Positions 1 through 13,000 of a stretch of 64,000 bases of DNA are shown piece by piece (position 1 is the stretch's first letter; every line of letters starts with the position of its first letter). The notes under the pieces are model-generated. The model was given only the letters and a program-made list of their open reading frames with translations. It had not been told where the DNA came from and made no database searches. The translations under genes and the position numbers were made by a program. Source of the DNA: Raillietiella orientalis (taxonomy: Eukaryota); the NCBI GenBank assembly GCA_036172245.1, contig JAYWIR010000030.1, forward strand, positions 1,736,001-1,800,000, given 5' to 3'.

Positions 1-69
1 AAGAGAAGACCAATATCTGAAAATGAATGGTAGTTTCATGAATCATGTATATAATATGTTCTTACATAC

Positions 70-292
70 TTTGTGACTTTGAAAATCCTGAGCAAACGTA
101 GAGCTCGTAATACTGACAAACCAAATGAACCTGATTTGAAAGTAGACCAAACAACTTCAAAAATTGAGCCACTAATTACAGCACAGTCAAAACGATTAAA
201 TGAGGATTCAAAATAACTCCTTGGTCCAAGGGCATATAATTTCATTAACATTTCCAACACAAACAGTCCAAGAAAAACGAATTCTGCATAAT
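70..292 (-). CDS. cac: Cav2 alpha-1 exon, repeat II S2-S4 (gene continues beyond the left edge)
   Basis: Reads [36 protein letters not shown]...[18 protein letters not shown]. Acceptor TTTTAG at 294-293, donor GTATGT at 69. Length 223 nt, phases match the neighbouring exon. Confidence 0.97.
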
Positions 293-1219
293 CTAAAAGG
301 AAAACACAAACCTATTTAAAATTCAAATCAACACTTAAAGATTTTATTAATAAAATGACAAATTTTATCCATCATATACTTATTCTCAAAATGGTAAGTA
401 TATGAAGTAAAAATTTCAACAATTTTGTAAACACATACATGGGTAAAGAACAAAAGGAAAAACTACTAATTTTAACCATTTTTACTTTTGGAGATAATTC
501 CTGCGCGCTTGAATGAATTTGCTTTGTTCAAAGTGGTGTTCTTTTTTAAAAAGTGTACATTACTAAAAATTAATAACAACCGCTTTAAGATGGTATGGAT
601 ATTAAAATCTGGGTAATTCTTAATGTAATTCATTCATCATCAAGCAAGCAAACAGTCATATTAAATGTATAAGAGATTTTCTTTCTTATTTCACGCTTTC
701 CATTTGCTTATCAAACAAATAATTCACGTTTTTCAATTATAGCAACAAACTAGACGCTCAGAGTACTATTCCTTAAAAAATCGGAAAATTAAAATGTCAC
801 AAGCACGCAAGGAAACAGAGGATGCTAAAAAAAAAAACATCCCACTGCACCAAACAGGCTATCATTCTTCCTATAAAAAGTAACAAACTCTACGGATAAG
901 GCATATGCTAACTCAAGACTACATACTATCTACAAATTATAATACTGATATGCTGAAACGACAAATAATTTTTAAATAAATTAGTCTAGTTAAAACAAGT
1001 TGTAATCCAATCAACAGTGAATTCACAAAAGCATGCTTCAAAGCAGCTAATTGTTCAGATGGATGTAAAATGTAAGAAAGCAGAACCATTCTAATTAACT
1101 AATTACTAGTAGCTTGGTAATCAGCATTGCAGTTTTTAATGTAAGTGAGCAAACCTGCAATGCAAAGAGTGTTTAAATTTTCATATTTTTCAATTTTACT
1201 TTCACACAGATTAACTTAC

Positions 1220-1347
1220 ACAAAAAAGAAGTCAACCATTTGGGCTGATTGTAATGCTCGACAGCTACGCACACAGTATTAAAAAAAACCAATAATATGA
1301 CAAACCAATAAAAAATTTGGTGTTTCACAACTCTTCTAATGAAGTAT
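1220..1347 (-). CDS. cac: Cav2 exon, repeat II S1
   Basis: Reads [42 protein letters not shown]. Acceptor TTTCAG, donor GTAAGT. Confidence 0.97.
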
Positions 1348-1417
1348 CTGAAATTATTCAAAATAATTAAGACTTTAGACCAATACAAATCAAAGGAAAA
1401 ACAAAACTAAAACAAAC

Positions 1418-1487
1418 CTTAAGCGTTTTTCAAGATGCCAAAAACTTTTGAAAAATCCTTTATATTTCCGGGTGTTTCTCTGATATC
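1418..1487 (-). CDS. cac: Cav2 small exon, end of the I-II linker
   Basis: Reads (G)YQRNTRKYKGFFKSFWHLEKRL(R). Acceptor T7-AAG, donor GTTTGT. The 70-nt length bridges phase 1 to phase 2 exactly. Confidence 0.9.
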
Positions 1488-3091
1488 CTTAAAAAAAGAA
1501 ATTGCAAGTTATCAAAAACAATTTACAATGTAGGAGTAACGATTTAGTTGTATTCTTACATAGGGTAATTATTGAGTGTGAAGCAGCACACTATCATGAA
1601 GAATGAGTTCATATATGTTTCTGACGCATATGTGCTTACAGCAAATGTTAACATGTCTAAGCATGTGCACATCTTTTAATGCTTCGTTACAATTTTTCAT
1701 GATCTCATTGAATGATATCAAAATGCACTCAAGTTACATGGAACAAAACTCCATGATGAAGTTTTAATATGATTAGTCTCAGATTATGAAAGCTAATGCC
1801 TACAAACAAATCGTTCTTATATTTCAAGCAACATTTTAAAATAAATTCAATTTCCAAGACACTTATTATTGAAAAAATTCATACAAACTACATGACTAGA
1901 GTTTATTTGTGATTGGGCAAATGTCTTAATTATAATACCCATACGTGAAAATGTTGTTTAAGTAAATTTTGCATCATAACTAAATGGATTTTGCATTTTC
2001 ATCCTGCATCTACCTAAGTAAACATGTTTGCATGAATGCTGATAAAAATTATTCAACATGATTGAATACCAGAAAAGGGAAATTTAAATATTTGTCTTGT
2101 GAGTTTTCTATGAAATAAAAACATATTACAGATGCCTTTTTGATAGTTTGCAGCCATAATTACTATATTAAAGGCCTTACTATTATTACTATAATAAGGA
2201 CCTTTCTTAAAAGAACCAAAAATGGGTTAGTTTTTCAACTAAACTTATGCTAAAGTTCCGATTTTCACAACAAGATATACTTTTCCTAATAAATGCATGC
2301 TGCAAATTCTTCCAATGCGAGATTCCTGCAATCTAAATTAAAGCAAATGTAAGCATACGTAAATAAAGAAATGTGTTACAAATTGAAGCACTGATACTGA
2401 TAAGAAATATAGTGCTCTTTGTACTGTATTTATCAGTTACCAGCATTTCGTTACAAAGAGCTACAATGCTCTTTGTAACATTAATACAATTAATAATTTT
2501 ATATTGTGATCGTTGCAAGATACTTCATAAAAATCCGATAAGGGTGAAGCATTTGTTACAGAATATAACTTGCACAACAGCGAATAAGAAATAATTTGCA
2601 ATGCAAGGGGTCTTTGAAGAAAAAGGAATAACTATTATCGGTTTATGTAGAACATTTTTTGACTGAAAGTTGAATTCAACATGAAATTTATCAAACTATC
2701 AACATTAAGATCTTAATCTATTAAGTAATGAGTAAAAATAACAAATGAAAACTAATAGTTTTATATTTCATCGCAAGAAATATTTTAAACACTTTGAAAA
2801 CGGCATTTTTTGAATGACCGAAATCGAATACAAACATTAGAACATCAGTTTCAGCACTTGAAAAAAAAAAAAAAAAAATGAAAACATTTCATCATGATGC
2901 AATGTCACAGAACCATGTCGTTTGAACATGTACATGTAATAAGAAACTAATCTGTTGATGAATTTTTTGAATTCATAATTTGCTACCATCATTCACCAAC
3001 GGAAGCATTGATTTTGGAACAATAATGTTCACAAATACTATGATTGCAAGTAAACTTTGTAGTCTAAAGACTTCATAGTCACATTCCTTAC

Positions 3092-3187
3092 CATTGTCAT
3101 CATCTTCAGCATCATCATCTGTATCTGTACTTCTACTTTTTCCCATTTGAGTTAGCTTTTTTCTTTTGGCTGCAGCTCTTCTTCTTG
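3092..3187 (-). CDS. cac: Cav2 exon, I-II linker
   Basis: Reads RRRAAAKRKKLTQMGKSRSTDTDDDAEDDDN, a cac-like basic then acidic stretch. TTTTAG acceptor, GTAAGG donor, phase 1/1. Confidence 0.93.
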
Positions 3188-3582
3188 CTAAAAATTATAT
3201 TTGAAAGTTTCATTTTTTGGTTCTAATGCATTTTATTTTTAGTAAGAGTTTTTACACAAAACTGAACAATCGAACTGTGAGATTTTTGAAATGCTCAAAT
3301 TTAAATAATTCATGCCTAAAAACAACTCAGCTATCCATTTCACATAGAATATCAACTAATCAATCCATATGCATACACTTCATATATTAAATTTGACAGA
3401 TTGTGTTCAATAATTTGTTTTCAATATACTTTTTCAAATAATATTTGTTCAACACAACTTCACTGAAATTATACAAGCAGACTACCCATAAACTGCGGCT
3501 GTTCAACAACTCATAATTTTTATAAGATCAATGGAATTAGAATCATCACAATTCAAGTTTCTCACAAGCAAATGTTACTTAC

Positions 3583-3642
3583 TTTCTAAAATATGCAGCT
3601 TTTCTTCCTCTGTTGTTCTTTCTTCTGACAAGATAACTTCTT
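3583..3642 (-). CDS. cac: Cav2 exon, I-II linker after the AID
   Basis: Reads EEVILSEERTTEEEKLHILE. TTTTAG acceptor, GTAAGT donor, 60 nt, phase 1/1. Confidence 0.95.
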
Positions 3643-4132
3643 CTAAAAAATGTAAGAAAGCAAAAAATATGATTCTGAGTTTTTTAATCAAATAATTAAA
3701 TGTTCAAATAGAAAAAAATGGTAAATAGCCGAATGAAAACAAAATGCGAACATACAGATAAAATGCATGGGAATTGAAAAGACGAATTCACATGCATTTC
3801 CCAAAATCATTCTGTGGAGGGATAGTAATTCAGTGCACATGGTTGTCACAAAAAACATCATACTCCATAAATGAATATATAGCATTAAAACCAGTAATCA
3901 AACAAGAAATTCTAAAACAAATTTGTCAAGTACTGGGAGTAGTTTCTTATTCTAGCATGTATAGTTAAATGTGAGAAGGAATGAATTTTTAAAATAAACA
4001 CATAAATTTGCATGCAATGTCAATTCTTCATGAAAATAAAACATCATGTAATACAATTATAAAATGATACAAAGCGATCCAGTTCAGAGAAACTTAAGCA
4101 AACAGGAAAGAATATTCCTGTTATTTTAATAC

Positions 4133-4248
4133 CTGCTTTACAGATCCATTCTACATAACCATTCAATTCTTTTTCTAGTTGTTGCTGTCTACGTAATTTT
4201 AAAAAGGTCTGACGATTTTCAACTTTCTCTCTTTCCTTGGCGAATTCC
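4133..4248 (-). CDS. cac: Cav2 exon encoding the alpha-interaction domain (AID, beta-subunit binding)
   Basis: Reads [38 protein letters not shown], containing the QQxExxLxGYxxWI AID motif. AG acceptor, GTATT donor. Confidence 0.98.
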
Positions 4249-4621
4249 CTTTAAAATATAACTGCTAATCAACATATATAAACTCCAAAAAAAAGAAAAA
4301 ATTAACATTAAAATTGATAAGCAAAAATACCAAGTACATAAATCATAAAAAGTTACATGGTAGTATATTACATGATCCCTCACTAAAAAATAACCAATAA
4401 AACATGATTCTTGATCACATTTTCTGCATACCAATTTTCTGTCTGCAATAATCGTCATGAATTTAAAGAACAGTCTTAAACTGGTTGAACAAAGTCTAAA
4501 ATGCACATGCTGAAGACCAGTCAGATTCGTGTGCATGCTGTTATTTATGAGAAAACTTTTGTTAGGTTCCTTGTACTATATAAAAGAAACACTAAACCAT
4601 AAATGCTTCTTTGATAATGAT

Positions 4622-4652
4622 GAGAAAGAATGAAAAATCGTCAGACTTTTTA
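4622..4652 (-). other. Intronic element complementary to AID-exon nt 4200-4229 (candidate ECS or splicing duplex)
   Basis: Plus strand GAGAAAGAATGAAAAATCGTCAGACTTTTTA versus exon sense GAGAAAGTTGAAAATCGTCAGACCTTTTTA. The inverted repeat is directly visible; the function is inferred. Confidence 0.6.
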
Positions 4653-6008
4653 CTGTATTGTATTTTTATAACGTCCACGAAATATTTCGATTTCGACTCT
4701 TCGAAATATCAGTTGATTTCAATATTCTAGTTATCTTTAACATGATGATATTATTTCAGAAATACCGGAAAATAATTTGCTTATTAGGCCTTCACAGAGA
4801 AAAAGTTTTGCATTACTTTAAATATGGATCAACTCAATAAAATTCATTTCAAATATCCCCAGTGTTGTTGAACACATGGCTTCTCATCAGAGAATTGTTA
4901 GACAAATTTACTGTATTACAAGATAGGAAATAAACAAAACGCTGTTCTTGAATATTTGCCATTTAAGCGTATAATCATTAAGGGAAATGTGAAAATTGGG
5001 AATTTATTGCTTTTTTTTCCTTTCTAGATCATCTGAAGTTTCTAGCACTTCATTTCTTTAAGTACAAAAAGAAATTACTGGAATCAACAAATTAATTACA
5101 TAATAAGCAATTATATATCTGTTTTTAAATATTCTTGGAAAAAAGCATCAAAGCCTTTGGAAATAAAAATGTCATTCGTTAATAAAATACATATGCATCC
5201 AGTAAAACATTAAACAAATTATGCAAAAAATACAAACTAATACTACTGAACATTGATGAATGAGAGAAAAATGGCAAATACAAAAAACTTATTCTTACAT
5301 TAGGACAAAAAAATTCAAAGTTTGGGATCGGGATTTAATTCAGTTTTACAATATTAAAAGTAAAATTAATTTGCAAATTATGTGAATAATTATTTTTGGA
5401 AAAGAAAAACTACTTTCAGAACAGAATCATATTGTATATAATTATTATATTACAAAATATCACTCATTAACTACATTTAAAATTTAATTTCCATTACTAA
5501 ACTTATACAGCCTAATGAAACTTGATTTTCAGTGTTCTGGAAGATGACAGTGATGCAAATGGAAATTTCGAATTATTAAAGAAACTCGACATTTCCCCTA
5601 GTAATTTCCTGTGAATGAACAAGATTTTATAGGTGCGGATGACCCAAAGAAAAATCTTTTCAATTGTTTCATTTCGTAGTCAGGCATTTAATATTGGTAA
5701 TTTTCCAAAATTTAAATTTCTTCAATAGGGAGGTTTTCATGAACTTTCTTCCTGCATTGTGGTTTATCATGTACTCTTAGCTTATGTCATTTGCACCAGA
5801 AGTAATGAGAAAACCACAAACTATTTTCCATTTCAATATTAATGATCAGCTTCACTCGATATTAAATAAAACAAACTACAATCTACTCACTCAATGTATC
5901 ATGCTGACTGTTTATATTAAATAAAACCAAATGCATGTTATTTCTCAAATAAATATTCACTCATGAAATTTAATGGCAAACAGGAAGTATCAAAGTTCTC
6001 TTTCTTAC

Positions 6009-6112
6009 CCACTTAAAACGCCAAGAACCAGATTGAGCATGAAAAAGGATCCCAAAACAATGAGAGGTACAAAATACATCCAATTAAAAGAACTACCAAG
6101 AGCATCATTTGT
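6009..6112 (-). CDS. cac: Cav2 exon, repeat I S6
   Basis: Reads [41 protein letters not shown] acceptor, GTAAGA donor. Confidence 0.98.
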
Positions 6113-6390
6113 CTGAAAATATCAATAAATTCTGATATAACAATGTGCACAGTCTGTAAACATGGAATCTGTTGAAATAAACAAGTATTCATTCATGACA
6201 AAAGAAAGGATTCCAATATAATTATAATTATAATCCTTCATCAATACATGCTATCATTAGAACTATGAAGGTAAAAGCAAAATTCAACCATTAAAATTAA
6301 AAGATTGAAACAAGACACATAAAAATTGATAAGCAAAAGAATTTGTATTAATGGATCTAAGGGATAATACAGACCAATTAAAATGATTAC

Positions 6391-6611
6391 CCAATATAAT
6401 ATGGTGGTCCACCCTTCCATAGTTATGCATTGAAAAACAGTTAGCATGGCAAAGCCAATGTTATCAAAGGAAGTTATTCCAAAATTGGGGCCTATCCACT
6501 TCTCAAGGCATATGGACTGGTTGACAGGGCAAATATAACTACCTGATGGTGTAGAAGATATGGAATCACCTGCACATGGAGTTGCTTGGTCTCCTTCTGT
6601 GGCAATTTGAT
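6391..6611 (-). CDS. cac: Cav2 exon, repeat I turret and pore loop
   Basis: Reads [13 protein letters not shown]...[36 protein letters not shown], with the selectivity-filter glutamate in TMEGW. TAG acceptor, GTAATC donor. Confidence 0.97.
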
Positions 6612-6916
6612 CTATCCAGAGGAACAATTAGAGAAGTTTCTGTATGAAGGTGCATGAAGAGAAGTCTGATTAAAATTCTCGAAGTAAACATCCCAAGTTT
6701 TGAAGAAGGATAAGTGTACAAAAGTGCAAAAAAATAATTTGCACATTGTTCACTTTCCTTTATACTTGAAAAGGCTAAATGAAAGAATTATGTGATTCTA
6801 ATCTCAGCAAACTACTAAACAGGATGGATGCCGATCATGGTTCAAATAAATGGGCACCCAAGAGAATGTTGGAAAGCAGTGCTTACCAACTGGAAAAAGA
6901 CATCAAAATATCTCAC

Positions 6917-7072
6917 CTAAATCTTCTACACTATAGCATGTTTTGTGGAACACTCCTGAATAAAATTCAAGGCCAATAATTGCAAAAATCACAATGGCAA
7001 AAAGAACCAATAAACCAATTTGGAGCAAAGGTGCCATAGCCTTAATGATGGATTTTAAAACTACTTGCAAAC
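6917..7072 (-). CDS. cac: Cav2 exon, repeat I S5
   Basis: Reads [58 protein letters not shown] acceptor, GTGAGA donor. Confidence 0.98.
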
Positions 7073-7207
7073 CTAGAAGAATACATTGTTGATGATGATG
7101 AAAATGAACACATACAAAATAACTCAAATCATCACATAAATACTGGGGAAAAGGCATTAAATTTATACATAAGTTTACTCTATACATTATTCAGAAACTT
7201 GCAGTTA

Positions 7208-7381
<174 letters not shown>

Positions 7382-9945
7382 TCAATTAAGGAGAATATAC
7401 GAAACGATTTCTAGAAAGCATAGGCAATTTGTCTTTCCATTGAGTTAATTAAATCGTTGTGCCCATAAAACTAGTATTTTGTGAGTATGGGCAAATAAAA
7501 GTAGTAAAACACTTACCATAATTTCTTTTATTGGATGTCTCAGCTTTAAGGTCATGCTTTATGGGTTATGCTTTTAAATGATCGATAGTTATAGTTCATA
7601 CTTTTGCTTTCAGAAGTAAGAAATGATTCAAATTTTGTACATTGTTAAAAATTAGTGCACTACAAATTTGAAGTCTTTCAAGAAATCAGTCAAGAATAAC
7701 AGCAATCAACTATTTTAAATTTTGCCAGGACTTATCGAAATAAAGCAGTCTATACTTTCAAGAAAACTTAAAAAGATAAGCAAAAGAATCCAAGGATTTC
7801 AAAACAGACAAATTCTCCCCCTTCAGACATCATTTCTTTAATAGCATAATCAATTTTTCGCCTACACACAGTCTTTTGCAACACTTCAGATCCCATATTT
7901 TGCTGGACTCAGATCCTTAAGTTAGAAATTTTTAAATGTCATTGTTAATGTAGCTGTTATCTTGTTTCATTGAAGCCATTACTCTTTATGTATCTGCTGT
8001 TTTGTGATGAATTTAAGAATAATTTTGTCTGGCCTTAATACATTGTTCTGACAATTACATTTAGCCTCATAAACAAAATGCGAAATAATTAATTGCAATA
8101 ACTAAGACTGAGAAATTAAAGGCCACAATAAGGTACATTTTGAAAAATCTTACAATAATGAAATTATTATAGGAATTGTAAGATTTTTAAAAATAATCTC
8201 ATTAATAATTGCAAATATTAATGATTCTGATTCAAAAACCCACCCTGATGTGATACTCATATGAAGGAAGTAAATGCTACAGCCCAACTCACTATTCACC
8301 TAAGTCCTTGGCCTCATGATCCCCACTCATTAGGCTCTTTTATCTAAATGTGTATATACATGCCTGTAAATATAAAAAAACACATTTACATATACGATAC
8401 ATGTCTGTGTACATAAAACTCGAAATTGAATGGTATCACATGTTGCAGCTGTTGAGTAAGCAAGCAAAATTTTTAGTTATGGAATTCTTTTACCTAATTC
8501 TTCTTCCATTGCATTTAAAGTCTGATTGAAATTCCAACATTTTTGATCAAAGTGTTCTTATTTTGAACAACCTGATCTTTTCAACAATTAGCATGTTTTG
8601 TGTTATATTTCTGGTACAGATATTTGGACAAAAATGCACAACTCTGCATCCGAATGATTGCTCGAATTGAAAATAAAAAGACGCTATTTAAGGAATCAAT
8701 GGAGCGGAATCACCAGATCTTTATAAGCACTGAAGACAAATGAATGCGCAAAATTTGCATAACAAGAAACTCATGAAAAAGGAACTCAGTGTTGAAAACA
8801 AAGTTAAAATCAAGGCAAAAAGCAAAAAAAACTCCACCCAACAAAGAAGGCCAGAAAATTAGAACTAAATAACTTTCTTGAAATTAATGATCTGAGTGTG
8901 GATCCCTTTGATGAATTAAGAAATGGGTTCCAAATACGGAATACAAATAAGTTAAACTCGTAGATCATTTCTGCATTCTTGCAGGGGAGCTTCAAAATTG
9001 AAATGACACCCCTGTAAGTTACAATATAATGAACAAAAGTTAATGGAAAAATATGGGTATCCTACGGAAAAATTATGCTCCAGAATTGCCTCTACATTTG
9101 ATGACCGTTAAATGGGGGTGACAGGAAAGTCTTATGGAGAAAAGCATATTTATCATAGTATTACTATATCATGTTTATGTCTTTATAAATTTAAGATTGT
9201 TTATACACAAATTCAATTAAACATGGATTTAATAAGCACACCATTCCAAACATTTGTTGGAAAGATTGTGGACTTTCTCTAACATTGCTAAGATTTAATG
9301 ATTTCATGGTAAACACTGCATGAAAATCTACCTTCCCAGAAGATACTGCAAATGCCTAAGAAAAGCAAAGCAATAAAAATGACTTTCATTATCTTTCGAA
9401 TTGAAATTTAAAGCTTAAGCAATTTTGTGTTTTTTCAAGATCCTTCACAGAGGATCATATTCCAAGTGTTCTCAAGATTGAATCCTAGCAAGTAGAAAAG
9501 AAAAATGAAAAGCCTATCAGCACTATCTTGAATAATTATTAAAATATCAACTAGAAACCTATAAACGAACAATACTATTAGCAACCTTAAACTTTAATAT
9601 TAGAATGATGAAATTAAAAATAATTGTTGTCATACATACAATAATTTGAAAAAGTAACTTCAGCATGTGCTGGAACATAGCAAATGTAATAAATCAAAGA
9701 GAAGCACGTATGCAAAGAACAAAAGCCTATTTGACACTTGGATTAAACTGAATTTCCACAAAGTTTACATATGTATGATTAATGCAACATATCACTTACA
9801 AGAGTAAAACAAAAAAAAACCAGTACACAACTTAGTTTTAATTTTAATAACAAACAATTGTTACTATTGTAGACTGTTCTCATATGTCTGTTCAAATGCA
9901 TTTGAATAATCTGATGAAAACGCAAATGTAAAAAAAATAACTTAC

Positions 9946-10085
9946 CCTGTCAATACAACTATAAAATCCATTAAATTCCATATGTTTCTCAAATAAGCAC
10001 CACTGTGGAAGAACAGTCCCAGAGCAAGAATTTTAAGCATAGCTTCAACACAAAAAATACCCAGGAAATATGGTTCTGTTTTTTC
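9946..10085 (-). CDS. cac: Cav2 exon, repeat I S2-S3
   Basis: Reads [53 protein letters not shown] acceptor, GTAAGT donor. Confidence 0.98.
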
Positions 10086-13000
10086 CTGGAAATTAAGGTA
10101 TTCACATTTGACAGATGATACCAATGAAAACCTTACCTATTAATTCATTTAAAGTTACAAAGTTCATGCACATAATGTTAATTAAAATACATATGACATT
10201 TCCGTACTTTAGAGAATAGAAGCATACAAACAGATGAAAACTTTTAGGAGAATGCAAGCCATATTAACACTTCCAATGAATATGCAAAACCCTAAAGGAT
10301 GCTATTTTTAATCGTGACCCCACATTATCAAATGCTTATCATATACTTAAAATGAATTTGACTTTGTTTTTTATTTTTTTTGTGAATCTTAAAGTGAATA
10401 TCATGCTGTTGTATGCATATTTTAGCAGAAATGTGGTTAGATTTCATGCTTTCAATTATTCCATGCTAAATTCGAAAATTTTGTGAATTCATGAGGTTAT
10501 TTTACTTGTGCTATTCTTCCATAAGCACAATTTCCAACATTCATTTTTTTTATGCCAATTGATCACTATGATGGAATACAAATTAATTTTTTAAGGCTGA
10601 GTCCTGAAAATCCAATATTTCATCTATATTTTTACACTCAAAGAACCAAATACCATTTACATCATATTATACAGAACATTGTGAAGAATTTAATGCCAAT
10701 ATACACTGCACTATCCAGAAAATTGAAATATGCAAGAGGTTTCAAGCAATGGCTATTCACAAAGTTCAAGTGTTTCAAGATGGTGACAATGCATTTCAGA
10801 TAAAAATTAATGGATCTGATAAACAGAAATAATAAAGAAACCATCACTAAGAATGGCAGTTTGCCTAAAGATAGGGATGCATGAGACACATGTAACAGTT
10901 TTAACAAAAAGCATAATATCATACTGGGCAAAAGCAGAGATCTTTGCAGTGATACTAAATTGGGTTGATAGTCCGCGAATACATGCAAAAAGTTCTGTAT
11001 AGGGCAACAGAGTTAACCTAATATTAAATATGAAGATTGAAAATCTGAAGATTAAATTTCAAGGCAAAACGGTCAGCAGCAGGAGGTGAAACCATTCTTC
11101 ATGTTTTGCAGAGACTTGCTTGATAACTGTGTACATTTCTTCATTCTTTACATTAGCCTCAGTATTCTGAGGAACACAGAAAATAATCTAAAGCATGAAG
11201 AAATCGATTCCGAAATTCTGATCTGCAGATTCAGATTTCATACTAGTGCATGGTGCCCAAGGAGTCAAATGCAAACCTAGGATTTGTAGTCTTATATGAA
11301 TGCTGAAACCAAAGCAATTTATGTTCTGTTTTTAGAATGAAGCATGAAAAATAACAAAATCCATTTTAAAAATGACCAATTAATGCCAGTCATTTATTTC
11401 ATAATAAATTACTAATTCACTTGGATATCTCCACCCAACAATGAACAAAATTAGGTCCTTTACTGATTCAAATTTAAGATCAGCTGTGAATCATTTTCAA
11501 GAGCAGTTGTTCTGAATTCTATTTCTGTTTCTATCACCATTTCAACTGCTACCAGGATGCAATTGTCACACCATAAACTGTTAATTTTTTTTTTCCTACA
11601 CATGGTATTTCAAATATTTAAACTTAACACATCGATTGCCACAAAGAAGGGCAAATACTCACTGCTAATAGTAACTGCAAAAATGATGCTAATTTTGTAA
11701 AACGTTCGTGATTTATTAAACTGTTACAGAATAGGTATTCCTAGAGATTATATTCCTGTAGTAAACAAATTTATTTAAGATGCAAAAATTTGGTGAAAGA
11801 ACAAGAATGGATCAGAAAAATCCAATTTTCCAGTACTAAGGGGGAAAGATACTTTTTTCAATGCTGCATACACAATAGCCACAACTATAAATTTTGAACA
11901 AACTGCCATGCATATTCACTGAATGCTATTTTGAATACTGAAAATATGGAGAGCAGATATCAACGTGCCATGGTAAAGCAATAAAAATTTCAACTTCATG
12001 TTCATGGATTGCACATGGACGTAAAAAACTCTCAGTGCGAACATTTACCAATTTTTCTGAACCTTCTTTGAATTTAACACATTTCCATAATTTTTTTGGC
12101 ATGCGTGATACTTTTTGAATGTAATGGAAGGAAACAAATTCCCAGTTTGGTATAAAAAAGGGAAAACTCAATGGGTCACGTAAACATACGTGAATGAAGT
12201 GTTTGATTCCGGTTGTTCTGGGCCATTAGAATATTTATATAATGCACCTAGGGACCATGTGGACTAACTGCTCCAACATTAATCACTGCTGTGAAAATGG
12301 CACTATATTCTACAAGTCCTTTAAGCGAATATCCTTTTATTTATTTTTTCAAGAAAAAAGCTATTAGAATGGAATTTCAATTATTTATTTTAAAAACGAA
12401 GTCATCTTTCAATACAGCTTGTCAAACACCATCCTTTAAAGATCTGTTAGCACATGTATTATTAATACAAGACAAGACTAATAAAGCTAGTTCGGTTCGA
12501 CCTTAACTACAGGCATGAACAAAACCTGTTGTATTTTCAACTATTTGTTTAGTTACTACGCCATGTCTGTTATGCATTCATCACTTCAGCACATACTGTT
12601 TGGGAAACAGTGCCTGATTCAAGAAATATAACTACTGTCACAGCACATTTGCTTTTTTGTTTCCATAAATATCTACTTTGCAGAAATTGAAAGTTTGGGA
12701 AAATGTGAAAAGCTCCAGTCTTTCACTGATATGATCCATTTGTGTTATCAAACAACCACAAATTCTTTTCCCATAACGTTCCATTTAGGATGACCCTGGA
12801 TCTCGTTTCATGGTTCAAATTATTACATCACTTTGAAAAAGTCAGATCCATCTTTAAGGCGTCGATATTTTTTTCACATTTGTTTTTCAGCATTACTGCC
12901 TTTTACTGCCAGCTCGTTTATCCGCTGGGCAACGTCTAACTGGTGCAAATTCAAAACAAAGAATGTATCGATCCCTTAATCATTGCTGCTTTTAGATACC

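Noticed and set aside
3637..3645. Tandem TAG-AAG-AAG acceptor that could remove one or two Glu
   Set aside because: AAG acceptors downstream of a strong TAG are rarely used, and there is no transcript evidence.
4432..4495. Possible 64-nt cassette exon (TTTTAG...GTATGC) in the loop between the candidate ECS and the AID exon
   Set aside because: It enters in phase 2 and exits in phase 0, matching no downstream exon, and has no AID similarity. It could only be a poison exon, for which there is no evidence.
7517..7570. Perfect donor ATG|GTAAGT upstream of the IS4 exon, possible alternative IS4 exon
   Set aside because: Weak acceptor, an in-frame TGA and no S4 Arg periodicity.
8810..8995. ORF containing STLRSLISRKL, superficially S4-like
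   Set aside because: No usable splice sites and no RxxRxxRPLK pattern.
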